Shown here: positions 60,003 to 64,000 of the stretch, one piece after another
Numbering within the stretch: the stretch's first letter is position 1
Layout: the number at the start of each line of letters is the position of its first letter
Assembly (NCBI GenBank): GCA_965216365.1
Contig: CBDCFT010000015.1
Coordinates: 185,106 to 249,105 of the forward strand
DNA: 64,000 nucleotides
Direction: 5' to 3'
Origin: Arenicellales bacterium
Lineage (GTDB): Bacteria > Pseudomonadota > Gammaproteobacteria > Arenicellales > CBDCFT01
The notes under the pieces: generated by a model
Databases searched by the model: none
Seen by the model: only the letters and a program-made list of their open reading frames with translations
What the model was told of the DNA's origin: nothing
Program-made: the position numbers and the translations under genes

Positions 60003-60739
60003 TGCATGGCCTCACCGAAATAACGATCACGCACGATTTGCGAATTACGAATTTCGTTCGGCGTACCTTCCAGCAACACGCGGCCGTAATCCAGCACAGT
60101 GATGCGGTCGGCCAAATCGAACACCACGTCCATGTCATGTTCAATAATTAAAATGGTCAATCCGGCGTCCAGTTGCGCGATCAATTCGCGCATGGCTGTG
60201 GTTTCTTCGGGACTCATACCGGATGTCGGTTCGTCCAGCATTAGCACTTTAGGTTGCAGGGCCAGCGCCAGTGCTATCTCTACTTGCCGACTATTGCCGT
60301 AAGACAGGGCATGTACATCTTCATCGAGCAACTCGCTTAAACCAATCTGTTGCGCCAATCGCTCAACGGACTGGTTGATGTCTTGATAGCTGGAAAAATT
60401 TTTCCAGAAAATCTTTCCGATACCGGCATGCAGCGCGCAGGCGATGGACAGGTTTTCGCGTACGCTCAGATGCTCGAATAAATTATTTTTTTGAAAACTG
60501 CGGCCAAGTCCTGCGCGTGCACGTGCATCCGGGCGCAGGTGTGAAATGTTCCGCTCTTCGAGAAAAACACTGCCGCTATCAGCGGGTAATTCACCGGTTA
60601 ACAGATTAAAAAATGTGGTTTTGCCCGCACCATTAGGGCCGATAACGGCATGACGGCTGCCGGGTTGCAGATCGAGCGAGACGTTGTCGGTTACGGTTAA
60701 ACCGGAAAAAGATTTATTCAAATTGGTAACGCGTAACAT
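59999..60739 (-). CDS. ABC ATP-binding protein (LivG-like)
   Basis: GPNGAGKTT, YGNSRQ signature-like and LMLDEPT motifs. Confidence 0.85.
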   Translation of the reverse strand: MLRVTNLNKSFSGLTVTDNVSLDLQPGSRHAVIGPNGAGKTTFFNLLTGELPADSGSVFLEERNISHLRPDARARAGLGRSFQKNNLFEHLSVRENLSIACALHAGIGKIFWKNFSSYQDINQSVERLAQQIGLSELLDEDVHALSYGNSRQVEIALALALQPKVLMLDEPTSGMSPEETTAMRELIAQLDAGLTILIIEHDMDVVFDLADRITVLDYGRVLLEGTPNEIRNSQIVRDRYFGEAMQ

Positions 60740-60745
60740 GGTCTG

Positions 60746-61732
60746 TCAGTTCTTCTCTCCGACAACGACAGTTCTTTTGTCCGGTGGAAACAACAAGTGG
60801 CGTATGCGAACCAGTAATCCGTACAACCCACCCTCAGCAAACAGCACGATGACGACAAAAAATAGCCCCATGACAAACAACCAGTACTCGGTCATGGACG
60901 ACAGTTCGTGTTTTAGCGAAATTACTACAGCGGTACCGACGATGGGCCCGATGAATGTGCCCATGCCACCGACTATCACAATAATAAGCAACTCGCCGGA
61001 CACGGTCCAAAATGAAAGTTCAGGCGAGATGAACCCCGAGAGTTGAGCGACTAGCGAACCGGCGAGACCCGCGACCGCGCCACTGGCGGTAAACGCTGCG
61101 AGTTTGTAACGCCGCACGGAACAACCTAGGGCGCGCATGCGGTTTTCGTTTTGATGAATGCCGATCAGTGCATGTCCATAAGGTGAACGCGACACTACGA
61201 TAAAAACCAAGTACACAACGACGGCAAATACGATGGTCATCATCGAAAAAACAACCGGGTCGTCTGTATTTAGATTGAACCAGGACAAATCGAGTCGCGG
61301 TGTACCCGACATGCCATCGTCGCCACCGAAAGTTCGGTTCTTGAACAAGTAGGAGTACACCATCTGACCGATGGCGAGCGTAACCATAATAAAGAACACA
61401 CCGGTTAAGCGCACGACAACAATGCCGGTGATAAATGCGAGCAGCGCCGCACCGAAGATGGCCATCGGCATCGCCGCGACGACCGGCCAGTCAAAAAACA
61501 CCGTTAATGCGGCGGTGACATAAGCTCCTATTGCGAAGAAAGCGGCATGGCCCAGTGAAATCATACCTGCGTAGCCCGCGACCAGATCCAGCGCCATAGC
61601 AAGGATGGCGTAAATAGCAATTTCCGCAAGAATTTCGTTACCGTAATAACCGGTCGTGTTGCCGTAAATTATTCCGCCCAGCAATAGCATGATAAATACA
61701 TATGGCCGCAATTTTGTATCGGTGTATTTCAT
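60746..61732 (-). CDS. Branched-chain amino-acid ABC permease (LivM-like)
   Basis: The start is taken as ATG at 61732 (MKYTDTKLRPYVFIML...), which overlaps the livH stop in ATGA. The ORF track's longer N-terminal extension overlaps livH and is rejected. Confidence 0.75.
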   Translation of the reverse strand: MKYTDTKLRPYVFIMLLLGGIIYGNTTGYYGNEILAEIAIYAILAMALDLVAGYAGMISLGHAAFFAIGAYVTAALTVFFDWPVVAAMPMAIFGAALLAFITGIVVVRLTGVFFIMVTLAIGQMVYSYLFKNRTFGGDDGMSGTPRLDLSWFNLNTDDPVVFSMMTIVFAVVVYLVFIVVSRSPYGHALIGIHQNENRMRALGCSVRRYKLAAFTASGAVAGLAGSLVAQLSGFISPELSFWTVSGELLIIVIVGGMGTFIGPIVGTAVVISLKHELSSMTEYWLFVMGLFFVVIVLFAEGGLYGLLVRIRHLLFPPDKRTVVVGEKN

Positions 61733-62604
61733 GCGCTGGAGCGAACCGGGATAAGACCATGTGGCCGGGTTAACAATATAAGAGCCATCAACGCGTAGAT
61801 AATGACGCTGGCAAAACCCGGGATGAGTACCTGGCCGAATGTGTCCACCATGCCGATGATAAGCGAACCCAGCGCGGCACCTTTCAAACTGCCCGGTCCA
61901 CCGACAACCACAACAATCAAGGCCAGGATCAGTGTCGCCATGTCCATGCCGGGAAAGACGGAAAATACCGGTGCCGCTACGACACCCGCCAGCCCGGCCA
62001 GATAACAACCCAGACAAAATACCCAAAAGAATACCCGGCGCACGTTGATACCCAGCGTCGCAACCGTGTCCGGGTCGTCTACACCGGCCCGAACGATCGC
62101 GCCTATGCGAGTGCGTTCGAGTCCGACATACAACAACAGCATCACGGTCAGACCGAGACCAATAATGAATAGTCGATAGACCGGATAAGTTTCGCCAAAT
62201 AGGGTTGTGCTGCCGCTGAATAAATCCGGAGTCGGAACGACTTCGGGGAAATTACCCCAGATCATTCGCACTGTATCAAAGCCGATAAAAATCATGGCGA
62301 ATGTGACCAGTACCTGCTTCATCGGCTTGTCCTGTTGCATGCGTACCAGGATAGTTTTGTAAAAAATCGCACCGATAATCGCGACACCGATAGGTGCGAG
62401 TAAAAACGCGCCCCAATAACTCCCGCTTATCTTAGCTGCACTCACGGCGAAGTACGCACCCAACATGTACAGCGTTCCATGAGCAAGATTGATGAAATTC
62501 ATCAAACCAAAAACTACGGACAAGCCGACCGCAAGCAAGAACAACAGCATGGACAGTTGCAGGCCGTTTAACAACTGCACGATCAGGAATTGCAAATCAA
62601 ACAT
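61729..62604 (-). CDS. Branched-chain amino-acid ABC permease (LivH-like)
   Basis: 291 aa polytopic membrane protein of the BPD_transp_2 type. Confidence 0.85.
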   Translation of the reverse strand: MFDLQFLIVQLLNGLQLSMLLFLLAVGLSVVFGLMNFINLAHGTLYMLGAYFAVSAAKISGSYWGAFLLAPIGVAIIGAIFYKTILVRMQQDKPMKQVLVTFAMIFIGFDTVRMIWGNFPEVVPTPDLFSGSTTLFGETYPVYRLFIIGLGLTVMLLLYVGLERTRIGAIVRAGVDDPDTVATLGINVRRVFFWVFCLGCYLAGLAGVVAAPVFSVFPGMDMATLILALIVVVVGGPGSLKGAALGSLIIGMVDTFGQVLIPGFASVIIYALMALILLTRPHGLIPVRSSA

Positions 62605-62681
62605 TCGGGGAATGTACCAGAAGGGAAAAGGCTAAACGAATAGCGAGAGGCCGGTACAACCTCCCGCTATCATTAGATATC

Positions 62682-63863
62682 TTACATTACGCAACCCTTC
62701 GGTTCGTCCTGCACATCTTTGATGACATCCATAATCACGGGTTTGACGCCGTCGCCATCTTTTTGAATTTCGTAAATATAAACATCCTGGATGACGTTGT
62801 TAGTCTTGGCATCGATTTTTAACGGGCCACGCGGGCCAACGAATGAAACACTGCGCAATGCATCGGCCAATGCTTTTTTGTCATCGGTTTTGCCACCGGT
62901 CGCTTTCAATCCTTCGATGATGAGATGAATACTGTCATAGGCCTGGACAGCAAACTCGGAAGCGCCACGTTCGTATTTAGCTTTGAACGCATCTTGAAAG
63001 GCCTTGTTCTCCGGTGTGTCGATCGACGGCACATAATTCAGCGATAGTTGCGTACCCAGCGCCGCATCACCTTGCTTGGCCAGATACAATGCCGAGGTTA
63101 ACCAACCGGGGCCTGCCAATGGAATGTTTCCGCGCAGTCCGAATGCATCATATTCGGTAACGAATTTAATCGCGGGGCCACCGGCAAAAAACACGTAGGC
63201 AACATCCGGTTCGGCTGCTTTGAGCTTGGCAAGATACGGCCCAAAATCTTTGGTTTCACCGAGCGGCGGATATTCTTCACCAACAATTTCGCCACCGGCG
63301 GCAACGAAGGTTTCGCGAAAAGCATCCATCATTTGATGACCAGCAGCATAGTCAAATGCCATCAAAAACGCTTTTTTCTTGCCCTGCTCGGCAAGGATCG
63401 GACCCATCACGCTGTTGATTTGCGAATTGGAAAAAGATGCGCGGATAACCCAGGGGGTACAGTTTTCACCGGTTAATAAATCGTTACCCGCATTGGCGAT
63501 AACCAATGGGACTTCCGATTTATGCATGAAATCACGCACGGCACCGGCAACGCCCGAAGAAACGATGCCGACGACGACATCAACTTTATCCTCGAAGACC
63601 AGTTTCTTTGCCTTGGCAAGCCCGATATTGGGTTTGGTTTCAGTGTCTTCCCGTACGATTTCGATCGCTCGCCCGCCAGCTTCCGTTCCGAAGGTTTCCA
63701 GCGCGAGATCGACTGCGTTATCCATTTCCTTACCGAGTCCGGCGAAGACGCCCGAGTAAGGTAACAACACACCGATTTTGATTGGCCCGTCTTGTGCCTG
63801 AACATTCACATTAAACGTCAACAGCGTCAGCGCCGCGAAAAAACTTACAACTCTCAATTTCAT
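62682..63863 (-). CDS. Liv-type ABC transporter substrate-binding protein (Peripla_BP_6)
   Basis: A GGAGCAATAAAATG SD and start at 63863 (MKLRVVSFFAALTLL... signal peptide). The ORF-track start at 63932 is an upstream extension. Confidence 0.85.
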   Translation of the reverse strand: MKLRVVSFFAALTLLTFNVNVQAQDGPIKIGVLLPYSGVFAGLGKEMDNAVDLALETFGTEAGGRAIEIVREDTETKPNIGLAKAKKLVFEDKVDVVVGIVSSGVAGAVRDFMHKSEVPLVIANAGNDLLTGENCTPWVIRASFSNSQINSVMGPILAEQGKKKAFLMAFDYAAGHQMMDAFRETFVAAGGEIVGEEYPPLGETKDFGPYLAKLKAAEPDVAYVFFAGGPAIKFVTEYDAFGLRGNIPLAGPGWLTSALYLAKQGDAALGTQLSLNYVPSIDTPENKAFQDAFKAKYERGASEFAVQAYDSIHLIIEGLKATGGKTDDKKALADALRSVSFVGPRGPLKIDAKTNNVIQDVYIYEIQKDGDGVKPVIMDVIKDVQDEPKGCVM

Positions 63864-64000
63864 TTTATTGCTCCAAATATATATTTTTGTTTTTAAAACC
63901 TTTGCCTTCTCACATTGTGTTTCACTGGGCATCCAGACATCATCATACTGCTACCGGCAGGTGTTTATCTTAGTATGGGTTGGATTGCTGCTACCCTTGT

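Noticed and set aside
61733-62026. N-terminal ~100-aa extension of the livM-like ORF (the ORF track starts at 62026)
   Set aside because: The extension overlaps the livH coding region and is Arg/Gly-rich nonsense. The ATGA-overlapped ATG at 61732, giving MKYTDTKL…, is the credible start.
1-64000. CRISPR arrays, rRNA genes, integrase genes
   Set aside because: No regularly spaced short direct repeats, rRNA-like sequence or tyrosine/serine recombinase motifs were seen anywhere in the window.

Overview
This 64 kb window is a chromosomal segment with gammaproteobacterial gene content and order, carrying several low-GC accessory insertions. The core genes are a cytochrome c4–engB locus, thyA–folA, a LexA-regulated imuA–imuB–dnaE2 mutagenesis cassette, two Liv-type ABC transporter operons (one linked to a thiolase), a BCCT transporter, a Rieske oxygenase, a multi-rhodanese sulfurtransferase with a CDO-family thiol dioxygenase, and an ECF sigma/ZAS anti-sigma pair with methyltransferases. 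The accessory material is:
- an AT-rich island (27.8–31.4 kb) with an OLD-family ABC-ATPase/TOPRIM nuclease and a convergent 313-aa protein of unknown function, a candidate defence locus;
- a tRNA-Lys-like pseudogene plus a tRNA 3' fragment at 33.0 kb;
- a 4.6 kb low-GC segment (35.3–39.9 kb) bounded by ~85-bp direct repeats that duplicate the 3' end of a GFA gene, carrying an orphan T6SS hcp, a methyltransferase, a CBS protein and a disrupted lysE;
- a ~80–100-bp repeat in four copies;
- an intact IS256-family element beside two paralogous secreted repeat proteins;
- a ~600-bp repeat unit present twice (about 1.1 kb apart), both copies USP-like pseudogenes.
Four genes are interrupted by frameshifts (PBP, SBP, USP copies, lysE), which may be pseudogenisation or homopolymer sequencing errors. 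There is no CRISPR array and no rRNA.
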